In this document: piece after piece, positions 27,067 to 37,036 of the stretch
Numbering within the stretch: the stretch's first letter is position 1
Layout: each line of letters starts with the position of its first letter
From: Candidatus Poribacteria bacterium
GTDB taxonomy: Bacteria > Poribacteria > WGA-4E > WGA-3G
Reading direction: 5' to 3'
NCBI GenBank assembly: GCA_965205015.1
Contig: OZ242029.1
Span: 256,001 to 320,000, forward strand
DNA: 64,000 bases
Translations under genes and position numbers: made by a program
Notes under the pieces: generated by a model
Seen by the model: the letters and a program-made list of their open reading frames with translations, nothing else
The model's database searches: none
Told to the model about the DNA's origin: nothing

Positions 27067-28200
27067 ATGCAACTCAGATACTTTTTTCTGACGATCCTAT
27101 TGTTTTCAGTTTCGGAATACTTCGGTTTCGCACAGCAATCAACAGAATGGACAGTGCCCAAAGGCACGATTGCGCATCTGGGCGAAGAACCAATAAATGA
27201 TATAGCGTATTCTCCGGATGGGGGGCTTCTTGCGGCGGCAAGTGGCAATGGTATTTGGCTCTACGATGGCGTAACGCATCAAGAGGTCGCGCGCCTCGTG
27301 GAACACAACGATTCGGTCTATAGTATTTCCTTTAGTCCGGATGGTAAGACGTTGGCAAGTGGGGATTCGGGCGGGAGGGTTTATCTATGGGATGTTGCAA
27401 CTGGCACGCTCCTATGGGGGCACAATCCGTGGTCCTCGGGATATAGAGCAAGTGTCTCTTTTAGTCCGGATGGTAAGACGTTGGCAAGTGGGATTCGCGA
27501 AAGAGTGTATCTATCGTATGTTGCGACTGGGGAGTATGATTTACTTCAGGATCTTCATTCTTTGAGGGTTGGCATCCAAAGTGTCGCCTTTAGCCCGGAT
27601 GGTCGGATGTCTGCCTTTGGCGGTTTGGACCAGACAGTTTATCTATTGGATGTTGCGACGGGCAGGCTCCGACATACCCTTGAAGGACACACCGATTCGG
27701 TCTTAAGTGTCGCCTTTAGTCCGAGTGGTCTGATTGTGGCAAGTGCGGGTTTCGACAAAACAGTGCGGCTATGGAATGTTATAACAGGCGAGCTCCGACA
27801 TACCCTTGAAGGACACACCTTTGATGTCAATAGTGTCTCGTTTCGTCCGGATGGTAAGATTTTAGCAAGCGCGGGTGACCAGACAGTGCGGCTATGGAAT
27901 GTTATCACTGGCAGGCTCCTACGGACACTTCACGGACACACCGGTTTCGTCAATAGTGTCTCGTTTTCTCCGGATGGTAAGACGTTGGCAAGTGCGGGTT
28001 CGGACGGGAAAATCCTTCTCTGGAGGGTCGGATGGGTCGCTGCCGATGTGAATCGCGATGATAAAGTCAACATTCTAGACCTCGTCATCATCGCAAGCGA
28101 ACTTGGAAAAATCGGCGAAACCGATGCGGATGTCAATGGCGACGGCATCGTTGACATTCGAGACCTCGTCATCGTCGCAGGCGCATTCGGTGAAGTCTAA
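27067..28200 (+). CDS. Secreted WD40 protein with C-terminal dockerin, lacking the sorting domain
   Basis: Signal peptide; WD40 repeats (FSPDGKTLASG, LRHTLEGHT); DVNRDDKVNILDL and DVNGDGIVDIRDL. Confidence 0.88.
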   Translation: MQLRYFFLTILLFSVSEYFGFAQQSTEWTVPKGTIAHLGEEPINDIAYSPDGGLLAAASGNGIWLYDGVTHQEVARLVEHNDSVYSISFSPDGKTLASGDSGGRVYLWDVATGTLLWGHNPWSSGYRASVSFSPDGKTLASGIRERVYLSYVATGEYDLLQDLHSLRVGIQSVAFSPDGRMSAFGGLDQTVYLLDVATGRLRHTLEGHTDSVLSVAFSPSGLIVASAGFDKTVRLWNVITGELRHTLEGHTFDVNSVSFRPDGKILASAGDQTVRLWNVITGRLLRTLHGHTGFVNSVSFSPDGKTLASAGSDGKILLWRVGWVAADVNRDDKVNILDLVIIASELGKIGETDADVNGDGIVDIRDLVIVAGAFGEV

Positions 28201-28244
28201 GCGGCACCTACAGGAGGTAGCATTTTATGAAATTGACACCTATA

Positions 28245-28439
28245 GTGGCGTTTCATGAAGTTTCGGAAAATAAATCGGTAATAGACGGGAAACCATGAAT
28301 GGTTTCCCGACTACAAACGGGGCTGCTCGTAGGGGGTTTTTGCTTGGGTATTTCTTCAGGGTTTCCCAACCCGTTTCATGCGATTTATCACACGTTGAGA
28401 AATTACCGAATTAAAAAGTTAAACTTCATCTAACCCCAC
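28245..28439. mobile_element. MITE-like element (family C) with internal REP pair
   Basis: Ends GTGGCGTTTCATGAAGTTT / AAACTTCATCTAACCCCAC are imperfect inverted repeats; internal CTAC..GTAG palindromes. Confidence 0.55.
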
Positions 28440-28460
28440 CGATGACGAGTTTAATTGCCT

Positions 28461-28587
28461 TTATAGTAAAACCCAAAAATAAGTGAACATTCGTAGCACA
28501 AACTGTCCAGTTTGTCCAGGGGAGGCACGCAAACTAACAGTTTGCGCTACAATCGGGGTGCCCAAGTAATTATTGACTCTACTATAA
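28461..28587. mobile_element. MITE family A with internal GTAG REP doublet
   Basis: TTATAGTA...TACTATAA ends; inner GTAGCACAAACTG / CAGTTTGCGCTAC. Confidence 0.7.
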
Positions 28588-28935
28588 TTCTCAGATTCAT
28601 AAAACTACCCAAGTTGTCCTCCCTGTAGCGGAATCTCCGCGGATAATGAACCTTCCTTAAAGCCCTCTTATCGGCACCGTTGCTTTTGTCTCTGGGTTGT
28701 GCGAACACGGTGGAAACCCTGTTCTCAGATCGCGGAATATAGCAAAGCACACCCCTCTTCCTGCCGAGCAAAGATGGCATAGAAATATAGAAAACCACAA
28801 TTAGGATATTTTCAATTGGCATTTCTCTACCGGATGGTGTAAAATTATTTCGTAAACGGTGTAGAAGAAAAGACGTTAAGTCTATTAAGACCAATTTTGA
28901 AACCCATCCGAATGGATATATGAGAGTGAATCGCA

Positions 28936-30723
28936 ATGCGTGAACCCAATCAACCTGAAGATTATTTACAACGCTTACGCCATTCGACCGCGCACATCAT
29001 GGCGTATGCCGTCCAACAACTATTCCCAGATGGCGAACGGACCGTTAAACTCGCAATCGGACCGCCGATTGAGAACGAGTTTTATTACGATATGGAGGTG
29101 CCGCGCCCCATCACACCCGAAGATTTCCCCGAAATCGAAAAGCACATGAAGGCGATGATTAAATCCAATGTGCCGTTCCAGCAAGAGACCTGGGCTTATG
29201 ACGATGCCCGCCAGTGGTTCGGCGAACGCGATCAGAAATTCAAACTCGAGCTCATCGACGGGATTTCGGATCGTGAAGTCAGTGCGACCGATGAGGGTGT
29301 TGACGCAGAAGGCGTCTCTATCTATCACAATGGTGATTTCACGGACCTCTGCAAGGGTCCACACGTCGAAAAAACAGGCGAATGCCGATATTTCAAACTG
29401 CTCCGCGTTTCAGGAGCCTATTGGCGCGGTGATAGCAACCGTGAGCAGTTGCAACGCATCTACGGCACAGCATGGGAGACCAAAGCCGACCTTCAGGCAT
29501 ACTTGACACAACGCGAGGAAGCCGCCAAACGCGACCATCGTAAACTCGGGCGCGAATTGGACCTCTTTCAGATGCATCCCGAATCCCCCGGAAGTGCATT
29601 TTGGCTTCCCAAAGGCACGCTCATTTACAATCTCCTCTCCGAAAAGGTGCGGAAACTCTACCACAGTGAAGGCTACCAAGAGGTGCGGACACCCCTCATC
29701 TACGATAGCAGTCTCTGGGAAACCTCCGGACATTGGGAACACTTTAAAGACGATATGTTTCTCGTCGAAAACGAAGAGGGTGAGGCAACAAGCGCGCTCA
29801 AACCGATGAACTGTCCCGCACACATGTTAATCTATAAAAGCGTCCGCCACAGTTATCGCGATCTACCCTATCGTCTGCATGACCAAGGGGTGCTGCATCG
29901 CAACGAAGCCACAGGGACGTTGACTGGCTTGTCGCGTGTGCGTCAACTCTGTCAAGATGACGGACACATCTTTGTTGAGGAGAAGGACATCGCCACTGAA
30001 TACGAGCGGATCCTCGGGCTCTTCCAACGTATCTACGGCACTTTCGATCTGCCGTTCCGATGCGATTTTAGTACACGCAACCCTGAGAAGTTCATGGGCG
30101 ATATAGAGGTCTGGAATCGCGCCGAAACCCTACTTGAAGATGTGTTGAAAAACAACCAGATTGAGTATAGTGTCGATCCTGGGGAAGCGGCATTCTATGG
30201 TCCTAAACTCGATTTTCAGGTCCGGGATTCACTCAACCGAGATGTCCAGTGCGCTACTGTGCAACTCGATTTCCAACTGCCGGAACGATTTGACCTCACC
30301 TATGTCGCACCAGATGGGTCTGAAAAGCGTCCTGTGGTCATCCATCGCGCAATTTGCGGGAGTTTTGAACGCTTTATCGCGATGCTGATTGAGCATTACG
30401 CCGGCGCATTTCCAACATGGCTCTCTCCCGTCCAGTGTGTTGTGATGACAATCAGTCAACGCTTCGTTGATTACGGCACAGAAGTCGAAAAACTTCTGGC
30501 ACAAAAAGGCTGTCGTGTCGTATTGGACAATAGCGATGATAAGATTGGCGCGAAGATTCGCCAAGCCCGTTTGCAACGCGTGCCCTACATGTTAATTATC
30601 GGTGGACGTGAACAGGAAAGTCGCACGGTCAGCGTCCGCAGTCGAGATGAAGGCGATATGGGGGCAATGGCACTTGATACTTTCGTCGATAAAATGGTTC
30701 AAGAAGCCGATCTGGATTTTTAA
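28936..30723 (+). CDS. thrS: Threonine--tRNA ligase
   Basis: RHSTAHIMA, DLCKGPH, GAYWRG, RDHRKLG, KPMNCP, GEAAFYGPK, IHRAICGSFERF. Confidence 0.98.
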   Translation: MREPNQPEDYLQRLRHSTAHIMAYAVQQLFPDGERTVKLAIGPPIENEFYYDMEVPRPITPEDFPEIEKHMKAMIKSNVPFQQETWAYDDARQWFGERDQKFKLELIDGISDREVSATDEGVDAEGVSIYHNGDFTDLCKGPHVEKTGECRYFKLLRVSGAYWRGDSNREQLQRIYGTAWETKADLQAYLTQREEAAKRDHRKLGRELDLFQMHPESPGSAFWLPKGTLIYNLLSEKVRKLYHSEGYQEVRTPLIYDSSLWETSGHWEHFKDDMFLVENEEGEATSALKPMNCPAHMLIYKSVRHSYRDLPYRLHDQGVLHRNEATGTLTGLSRVRQLCQDDGHIFVEEKDIATEYERILGLFQRIYGTFDLPFRCDFSTRNPEKFMGDIEVWNRAETLLEDVLKNNQIEYSVDPGEAAFYGPKLDFQVRDSLNRDVQCATVQLDFQLPERFDLTYVAPDGSEKRPVVIHRAICGSFERFIAMLIEHYAGAFPTWLSPVQCVVMTISQRFVDYGTEVEKLLAQKGCRVVLDNSDDKIGAKIRQARLQRVPYMLIIGGREQESRTVSVRSRDEGDMGAMALDTFVDKMVQEADLDF

Positions 30724-30726
30724 ATG

Positions 30727-30816
30727 GCTGTCGGTTCGCCTGCTGCACAGGCTTTCAGTTATCGGTTACAAGAGTTTCCTCTTTAACCGATAACAACCGA
30801 CAACTGACAACCGACA
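30727..30816. repeat. Inverted array of short 7-bp tandem repeats (hairpin/terminator-like)
   Basis: TTATCGGTTA.AAGAG / CTCTTTAACCGATAA followed by ACCGACA/ACTGACA heptamers; similar heptamers at about 49072. Confidence 0.55.
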
Positions 30817-30840
30817 CCTCTTAAAAAAGGAGCAAACAGA

Positions 30841-31473
30841 ATGCATAAAATTTTGACAGTCAAACCCATCGGATATAACCTTACAATTTGCGCTCTCCTC
30901 ATTGGTATCACAATTTTCAGCAGTTGCAGTGCCTCTAAGCAGGTCACTCGCGTCGATGCCGATACCACCATCGATCTGTCTGGACGCTGGAACGACACCG
31001 ATTCGCGCATGGTCGCCGATGACATCATTCAGGACTGCTTAACACACCCTTGGATCAATGATCACGGTATAAACAGCGGTGCGAAACCCGTTGTGATCGT
31101 TGGCGGTATCCGCAACAAGAGCATGGAACACATCCCCGTCGCTACGTTTATAACCGACATCGAGCGTGCCTTCATCAACTCCGGAAAAGTGCGGACTGTC
31201 TCAAGTTCAAGTGAGCGTGGCGAAATTCGAGAAGAGCGTGCCGACCAAGGCGAGTTCGCTGCACTCGAAACCGTTAAACGGATGGGACGTGAACTCGGTG
31301 CTGACTACATGATGACCGGCGAAATAAACACCATCGAAGACCGTGAAGGGGGAGACCAAGTCATCTTCTATCAGACGGATCTGACATTGACGAACATCGA
31401 GACAAACGAGAAGATTTGGATCGGTAACAAGAAAATCAAAAAGTTTGTCGGACGGGACAAGTTTAAAATGTAA
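30841..31473 (+). CDS. lpoB: Penicillin-binding protein activator LpoB family lipoprotein
   Basis: Lipobox FSSC; DLSGRWNDTDS, IRNKSMEHI, GADYMMTG, IWIGNKKIKK. Confidence 0.85.
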   Translation: MHKILTVKPIGYNLTICALLIGITIFSSCSASKQVTRVDADTTIDLSGRWNDTDSRMVADDIIQDCLTHPWINDHGINSGAKPVVIVGGIRNKSMEHIPVATFITDIERAFINSGKVRTVSSSSERGEIREERADQGEFAALETVKRMGRELGADYMMTGEINTIEDREGGDQVIFYQTDLTLTNIETNEKIWIGNKKIKKFVGRDKFKM

Positions 31474-31546
31474 GCAGCTCGCGAGGCTTCTGTTTGGGCG
31501 GGTCCCGTACCCGTCCGCTATGATCTTTTAAAATCCACAAAAACTG

Positions 31547-32884
31547 ATGATCAAAATACTCCCTTTTCTACTTGCCATCTCTCTGATGATAGGGTGTGGT
31601 GGCTATAAGTTTCAAGAAGTCATAGAATCACTGGAGAGCGGACAGCCAGAAACTGCTTATACCTACCTTCAGAAAAAGGCACCGAAAAAACCTGACATTC
31701 CGTTTCTGTTTGAATTGGGATTGGTTGCGCATTACGCCAACCACTCCCAAGAAAGCAGCGCAGCGTTCGATCAAGCCGGCGATATCGCCGAAGACCGTTA
31801 TACCAAAAGCGTTTCAAAAGAGGCGTTTTCGCTCGTCACCTCTGATCAGATGCGTCCATATCCCGGGACCCGCTATGAACGACTTTTGAGCCACTACTAC
31901 CGAGCACTCAACTACGTCTATCAAGCTCAGTTAGACGGTGCGTTAGTGGAATGTCGCAAGGCCACGGCTCTCATCAACTATTTCAAGGGTGAAAACGAGG
32001 ATTACGATTTCTTCGGCGCAGGTTTTCTCGCATACCTTTCCGGTGCTCTCTTTGAAGCCACAGGTGAATGGAATAACGCTTACATCTCTTATAAACAGGC
32101 AGCAGCATACTACCGAAACGCAGCGGAGAAAACCGGTGTAAAGATACCAGCGGACATCGGTGGTTCACTGGTCCGATTGGCGCGCAAACTCGGTTTCGCT
32201 GACGAACTGGCGCGGTATCAGGAACAGTATGGAAAGTTTTCGTCGCGTCCTGAAAACACCGGCGAACTGATCCTCTTTTATGAAAGCGGCTACGTTCCTC
32301 CGAAACGTGAGGAGGCTTTGACGTTTCCGATCCTCAAAACAGACAATGTAGACAAACCTGAAAAGTTTGTGCCGACGCTTATAGGACGGGCGGGAAGGGT
32401 GTATAAAGAGATTGAATTGGAATATCTCCTACGCGTTGCGATTCCGACAATTGACTCCCGCCGCCCGCTCCTCTCGGGGATCGAAGTCACAGTTGGAACG
32501 GTAAAAGCGGAGGGTATGCTTGTAGCGGATGTAGAGAACATCGCTATAGAAACTTTCAATGCACAGCGACCTATTATCCTTTTACGGACGTTGGGACGAG
32601 CCTTGCTGAAATACCTGGCGTACCGAAAGGCAAACAAGGAAAACGAAGTTTTAGGTCTCCTCACGAATCTTGCCGGTGTTTTGACAGAACAGGCAGACAC
32701 ACGTTCTTGGCAAACGCTTCCGAATCAGATTTTTATGGTGCGGATGCCCTTGCCCGCAGGCACACATACACTTAACCTTTCCTTTTTAGACACGAACGGG
32801 AGGGTCGGTGGACGCCATTCCGTACCTGATATCAAGATTAAGCCGAATCGGATAACTTTTTGGAATCACCGAACTTATAAATGA
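31547..32884 (+). CDS. COG3014-like TPR lipoprotein (commonly next to lpoB)
   Basis: Lipobox MIGC; YPGTRYE, ALVECRK, ADTRSWQTLP motif. Confidence 0.8.
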   Translation: MIKILPFLLAISLMIGCGGYKFQEVIESLESGQPETAYTYLQKKAPKKPDIPFLFELGLVAHYANHSQESSAAFDQAGDIAEDRYTKSVSKEAFSLVTSDQMRPYPGTRYERLLSHYYRALNYVYQAQLDGALVECRKATALINYFKGENEDYDFFGAGFLAYLSGALFEATGEWNNAYISYKQAAAYYRNAAEKTGVKIPADIGGSLVRLARKLGFADELARYQEQYGKFSSRPENTGELILFYESGYVPPKREEALTFPILKTDNVDKPEKFVPTLIGRAGRVYKEIELEYLLRVAIPTIDSRRPLLSGIEVTVGTVKAEGMLVADVENIAIETFNAQRPIILLRTLGRALLKYLAYRKANKENEVLGLLTNLAGVLTEQADTRSWQTLPNQIFMVRMPLPAGTHTLNLSFLDTNGRVGGRHSVPDIKIKPNRITFWNHRTYK

Positions 32885-32914
32885 GCACGCCAGATAGTAA
32901 GACGGACGAAAAAC

Positions 32915-34075
32915 ATGCAACGCATCTATTTAGACTACAACGCCACAACGCCACTTCGTCCCGAAGTCAGGGACACAATGATGCCGTACCTCACCGAAGC
33001 ATTCGGTAACGGTTCCAGTATTCACGCCTACGGACGCGAGGCACGCACTGCTATCGACACCGCTCGCGAGCAGGTCGCCGATCTCATCGGTGCCAAAAGC
33101 CCGAGTGAGATCGTTTTCACCGGCAGCGGCACTGAAGCAGATAACCACGCCATTAAAGGACTGACCGAATTACAAAAGAGCCGGGGCAAGGGAAACCATA
33201 TCATCACCTCCTCTGTGGAGCATCACGCCGTCTTGCATACCTGTCAATATCTGGAGCAGCGCGGTTTCGAGGTAACCTATCTCCCTGTAGACAGATATGG
33301 ACGAATTCATGTTGAACAACTTAGCGAGGCAGTCCGCGACACGACAGTGCTGATCTCCATCATGCACGTCAACAACGAGAACGGCACCGTCCAACCGCTT
33401 GAAGAGATATGCGAGATTGCGCAGGAACACGAAATCCCTCTCCACACCGATGCCGTGCAATCGGTTGGGAAGTTAGAAATGAACGTTCAAGACCTCGGTG
33501 TGAACCTCCTCGCGTTTTCCGGACACAAGATTTACGCCCCCAAAGGCATTGGTGTCCTCTACATCCGCCGCGGCACCCGACTGGCAAACCTCGTTCACGG
33601 CGGATCGCATGAACGCAACCGTCGCGCCGGATCTGAAAACGTCCCTGCCATTGTCGGCTTAGGCACTGCCGCCGATCTGGCAAAACAGGAGCAGAATACC
33701 TACGCGCAGCATCTCAACACCTTAACGCAAAGACTCCGCGAAGGCTTGGACGCACACATCGATCGCCTGCACTATAACGGACATCCTGACCACTGTGCAC
33801 CCGGCACGCTCAACGTCTCGTTTGAATCGGTAGAGGGTGAAAGCCTCATCTTACGCCTGGACATGGAGGGTATCTGTGTTTCAACGGGGTCTGCGTGTAC
33901 CTCCGGCTCAATGGAACCGTCGCACGTCCTCGCCGCCCTCGGCTTACCCCCGCGTTTGGCACAAGGCACCGTCCGCTTCTCCTTGGGTAGGAACACAACC
34001 GAAGCCGAGATCGATGCGGTCATCACCAAATTACCGAAAGTCATCCAGCAAATGCGTACCCTATATAGAGGATAG
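32915..34075 (+). CDS. iscS: Cysteine desulfurase (NifS/IscS group I)
   Basis: YLDYNATTP, SSVEHHAV, HTDAVQ, SGHKIYAPKG, STGSACTS. Confidence 0.92.
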   Translation: MQRIYLDYNATTPLRPEVRDTMMPYLTEAFGNGSSIHAYGREARTAIDTAREQVADLIGAKSPSEIVFTGSGTEADNHAIKGLTELQKSRGKGNHIITSSVEHHAVLHTCQYLEQRGFEVTYLPVDRYGRIHVEQLSEAVRDTTVLISIMHVNNENGTVQPLEEICEIAQEHEIPLHTDAVQSVGKLEMNVQDLGVNLLAFSGHKIYAPKGIGVLYIRRGTRLANLVHGGSHERNRRAGSENVPAIVGLGTAADLAKQEQNTYAQHLNTLTQRLREGLDAHIDRLHYNGHPDHCAPGTLNVSFESVEGESLILRLDMEGICVSTGSACTSGSMEPSHVLAALGLPPRLAQGTVRFSLGRNTTEAEIDAVITKLPKVIQQMRTLYRG

Positions 34076-34203
34076 ACTTTCTGTTTTCACCCAACCGCCG
34101 AAAATAGCCCCTTTTTGTGCAACCTAAAAAGACTACTGTCCTTTTTCGTGCAGCCTAACCCCTATAATCACACGGATCCCCCTAAATTCAGCACTTTTTG
34201 CGT

Positions 34204-34219
34204 TGGCACGGGAATTGCT
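34204..34219 (+). promoter_or_regulatory. sigma54 -24/-12 promoter
   Basis: TGGCACGGGAATTGCT, near-consensus, 44 bp upstream of ATG with GGAGG RBS. Confidence 0.8.
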
Positions 34220-34262
34220 CTCACCTCCATATCAACACCTTTGTTCGTTGGAGGTAAGACAA

Positions 34263-35732
34263 ATGCGCAAAAAAATAACCTCAGGTGCCCTGATGACTTC
34301 GTTGGTGCTTCACATCGTCATCGCGCTTGTTGCCGGACTCTATCTACTCGCGCAAACTGAGCAGTTTCGAGATATGATGGGTATCGAAATCCTCTATCCC
34401 AAAGAGCCACCGAAACCTAAAGTGGAAAGAAAATTCGTCGTGAAACCTATCGTCAAGCCGACTGTTCCAAAACAAAAAACCGTCGTCGGACAGATTCAAG
34501 TGCCGCCTCATGTAACGACTGTGCTTCCTCGCGAACCAAATTTTAGAGCGCAGACGGTCCTCAGATTTTCAAGCCAAACCGTCAAGGTCAAACCGCCAAC
34601 GGATCCGAACATACCCAAAAGAGTCGCACCAAACCCAGCAGCGCAGACAGATGTGATATACAGTGATTTATTCGTGTCGGATGCTCCCCATGCTTTGGCG
34701 TTCTCCGCGCCTATCGTAACGGTCCCCTTCTCTCGAACGAAAACCGTCTTTCGTGGTATCGCCGGACGGTTGAAGGTAACCCTTGAGCATCCACCGGGGC
34801 TTTCAATGGTTGAAAACGTCGGAGCCGCACGCGATGCCCTCGGCGATGTCGTTGAGAACATCACGCTTTCCAGTTACGTCGTACCCCCGCTTCCCAAAGG
34901 CGAACCGGGTGGGCGCGTCATCGGTAAAGGTAAAGATATCCGGGGCATTCTCCGATTTGCACGCGTCCGGCACGATCTTTCTGACTGGTGGGCGGATGCC
35001 TCCGCCCTCAACGCATTGACGCAATGGCTCAACGAGCGCACGAAAATCAAAACCGATATGAACGTTGAGGGAGGGGCGGTAAAACTCAACGATGCCAACC
35101 TCTTCAAAACACCCCTCGCCTTTATGACGGGTCATGATCCGGGACTCGTCCGTTCCCGGAAAATCTTTGGATGGAAGCACGGTACCGGCAGAATAGACGG
35201 TCGTCTCAGTGAGTCTGAAGCCGCGGGGATGCGCCGCTATCTCGTCGAAAAAGGCGGATTCCTCGTCTTTGACGATTGTGGTGTGAACGCCCCTTCACAG
35301 GCAATGGTCCGGCTCTTCCTCTCACAGATGCGCTACGTCATGCCGGAATATCACGTTGAACGGATTTCTAACAATCACGAAGTTTATCATAACTTCTATA
35401 GGATGGGGGGTCCCCCTGTCGGATTCGATATCTTCTGGTGGGGTACCCGTCCACCGAAACGGAACTATCTCGAAGGGATCTCCGTCGGCGAGAAATTGTC
35501 GGTTATCGTTGTCCGTCGGGATTATATGTGCGCGATGGAGACCGTCAGTTACCCGACGCGGAGTGTCCACTATTCCCCAGGCGTCTACCGTTTCATGACG
35601 AACGTTGTCGTGTATGCGTTGACGCACGGCTCGATTTCCGATTATTCCGGTTATGTGCCGGAGTCCGCGCTCATCAAGAAGGCACTCCCGAAGCAGGCAC
35701 CTGTTGCTGCGCAGATCGGTGGCTTTGAGTAA
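34263..35732 (+). CDS. DUF4159-domain protein with N-terminal TM and Pro-rich (TonB-like) linker
   Basis: SLVLH TM anchor; DWWAD, FMTGHD, YLVEKGGFLVFDDC, NVVVYALT motifs. Confidence 0.75.
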   Translation: MRKKITSGALMTSLVLHIVIALVAGLYLLAQTEQFRDMMGIEILYPKEPPKPKVERKFVVKPIVKPTVPKQKTVVGQIQVPPHVTTVLPREPNFRAQTVLRFSSQTVKVKPPTDPNIPKRVAPNPAAQTDVIYSDLFVSDAPHALAFSAPIVTVPFSRTKTVFRGIAGRLKVTLEHPPGLSMVENVGAARDALGDVVENITLSSYVVPPLPKGEPGGRVIGKGKDIRGILRFARVRHDLSDWWADASALNALTQWLNERTKIKTDMNVEGGAVKLNDANLFKTPLAFMTGHDPGLVRSRKIFGWKHGTGRIDGRLSESEAAGMRRYLVEKGGFLVFDDCGVNAPSQAMVRLFLSQMRYVMPEYHVERISNNHEVYHNFYRMGGPPVGFDIFWWGTRPPKRNYLEGISVGEKLSVIVVRRDYMCAMETVSYPTRSVHYSPGVYRFMTNVVVYALTHGSISDYSGYVPESALIKKALPKQAPVAAQIGGFE

Positions 35733-35809
35733 GTTGTGTTCACATTACCCCCGTTGTCTCTGTTTAGAGTAGAGTTAACTCCATTATTGTTTTTGAGAAG
35801 GTCATTGAC

Positions 35810-36754
35810 ATGTTCAAAATCCTCGTTGCATCGATTGTGAGTTTCTTCGCTGTTTACATCAGTGACTGTAGTCATAACGCAAACAAAATCCAAGAAGAGA
35901 TGCCAGTAAATCTCTTGTACGTAGATCCACCGAACGGTGGTGACGCTGAATCACTTAGCGCTATCACCCTTACTTTTGACGGTGTACCTACTGATGTTAC
36001 ATCAACTATGGGGACCGTTACGGTTTCTGGCAAAACTGTCGTGATCAGTGGATTCTTCATTTCACCACCCGGTTTTGTAGCGCTTGATCTCACCGTCACA
36101 TGGGCAGATAGAAGTCAGAAACTGAGTTACTATCATAAACTTAAATTGTGAGCAAAGACTAAGAAATCGCTGGATGCGATCGAAGTTGACGATATCCAAC
36201 CGCAACCCGGAGTACCCGCTCAATTTGTCAAATCAGAGCCAGAATTAGGGGCATCTGTTTTTGACGTTGACACCGTTATCATTTATTTTCATACCAGACC
36301 GACAGATGTCAAAATAACGAACGCCTCAACACAAGTTGAGAAGGCGGTTGTCAGAGGCAACACCGTTGAAGTCTCTATTGATCAACCCGCCTTGGGGCAT
36401 CATGTCAAGTTTACCGTCACGTGGGCAGATGGGGAGCGAAACCTGGCGTTCACTACCGAAGATACTTCGCCAGAGGTTTGGGATGTATGGCCAGCCAACG
36501 GCAGTTCAATTGTTGGTTTTAAGACCATCCGTCTTTTTCTTACGGGTATACCCAAAGACGCCAAATATTATAACCATGCCTCAGACAGTTTTGGTGAAGT
36601 TAGGATAATTAGCAACACCCTCGAATTTGATGTCCCTCACTTCATCAAAGGACCTTCTATCAGTTTTACCGTCTCATGGACCGGGAAAAACGGATCTGTG
36701 CAAAAATCAACGAAACTGACCTATACAAACGAAGATGTGGAACCCGAAGAATAG
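35810..36754 (+). pseudogene. Three-repeat Ig-like exported protein split by in-frame TGA at 36149-36151
   Basis: ORFs 35810-36151 and 36392-36754 share a frame and the intervening frame is open; repeated DPPNG/EPELG/WPANG...TVTW/TVSW domains; lipobox degenerate (ISDC). Confidence 0.6.
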
Positions 36755-36757
36755 AGA

Positions 36758-36876
36758 TTATAGTAAAGCCCGAAAATACTTGGACACTCTAAAAGACACA
36801 AAACCCCACTCGCTGGTGAGGTTTCCTAACCTCGCCACATTAAAGCGTCTAAACTTAATTGTGGGCTTTACTATAA
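36758..36876. mobile_element. MITE family A
   Basis: Perfect 14-bp TIR TTATAGTAAAGCCC / GGGCTTTACTATAA; inner palindrome CGCTGGTGAGGTT..AACCTCGCCA, similar copy at 57299. Confidence 0.75.
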
Positions 36877-36888
36877 ACAGCTCTCTTC

Positions 36889-36917
36889 TTGACGGTTTTT
36901 GTCAAACATGTTATCAT
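36889..36917 (+). promoter_or_regulatory. sigma70 promoter with operator-like palindrome over -35
   Basis: TTGACG-N17-TATCAT with extended TG; TTGAC-GGTTTTT-GTCAA inverted repeat. Confidence 0.6.
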
Positions 36918-37036
36918 CAATACATAGAAAACTTAGCGAGATGCCGTGAGCAAGCAACAACGGCGCTTGCGAAACCTAAGCGAGAACCGTTAAATCACCA
37001 ATCACGCCATTTCACGCTTGGCACAGAATTAAAAAC

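Noticed and set aside
24962-28243. Composite transposon bounded by ATAGGTGTCAATT / AATTGACACCTAT
   Set aside because: A 13-bp inverted match only, with no target duplication or transposase; more likely independent ends of a dispersed repeat.
11750-28900. tRNA-Val-integrated genomic island
   Set aside because: Accessory-looking genes follow the tRNA, but I saw no integrase and no repeat of the tRNA 3' end by eye.
28690-28935. T-box riboswitch upstream of thrS (GAACACGGTGGAAACC)
   Set aside because: Only a partial match to the T-box consensus, with no recognisable stem I or terminator/antiterminator.
28547-28936. 129-aa minus-strand ORF
   Set aside because: No RBS or recognisable motif, and it overlaps repeat DNA; probably spurious.
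2836-36151. Selenocysteine or genome-wide TGA recoding for the two in-frame TGAs
   Set aside because: TGA terminates many intact genes here, neither site is a redox-motif position, and no convincing SECIS is present.
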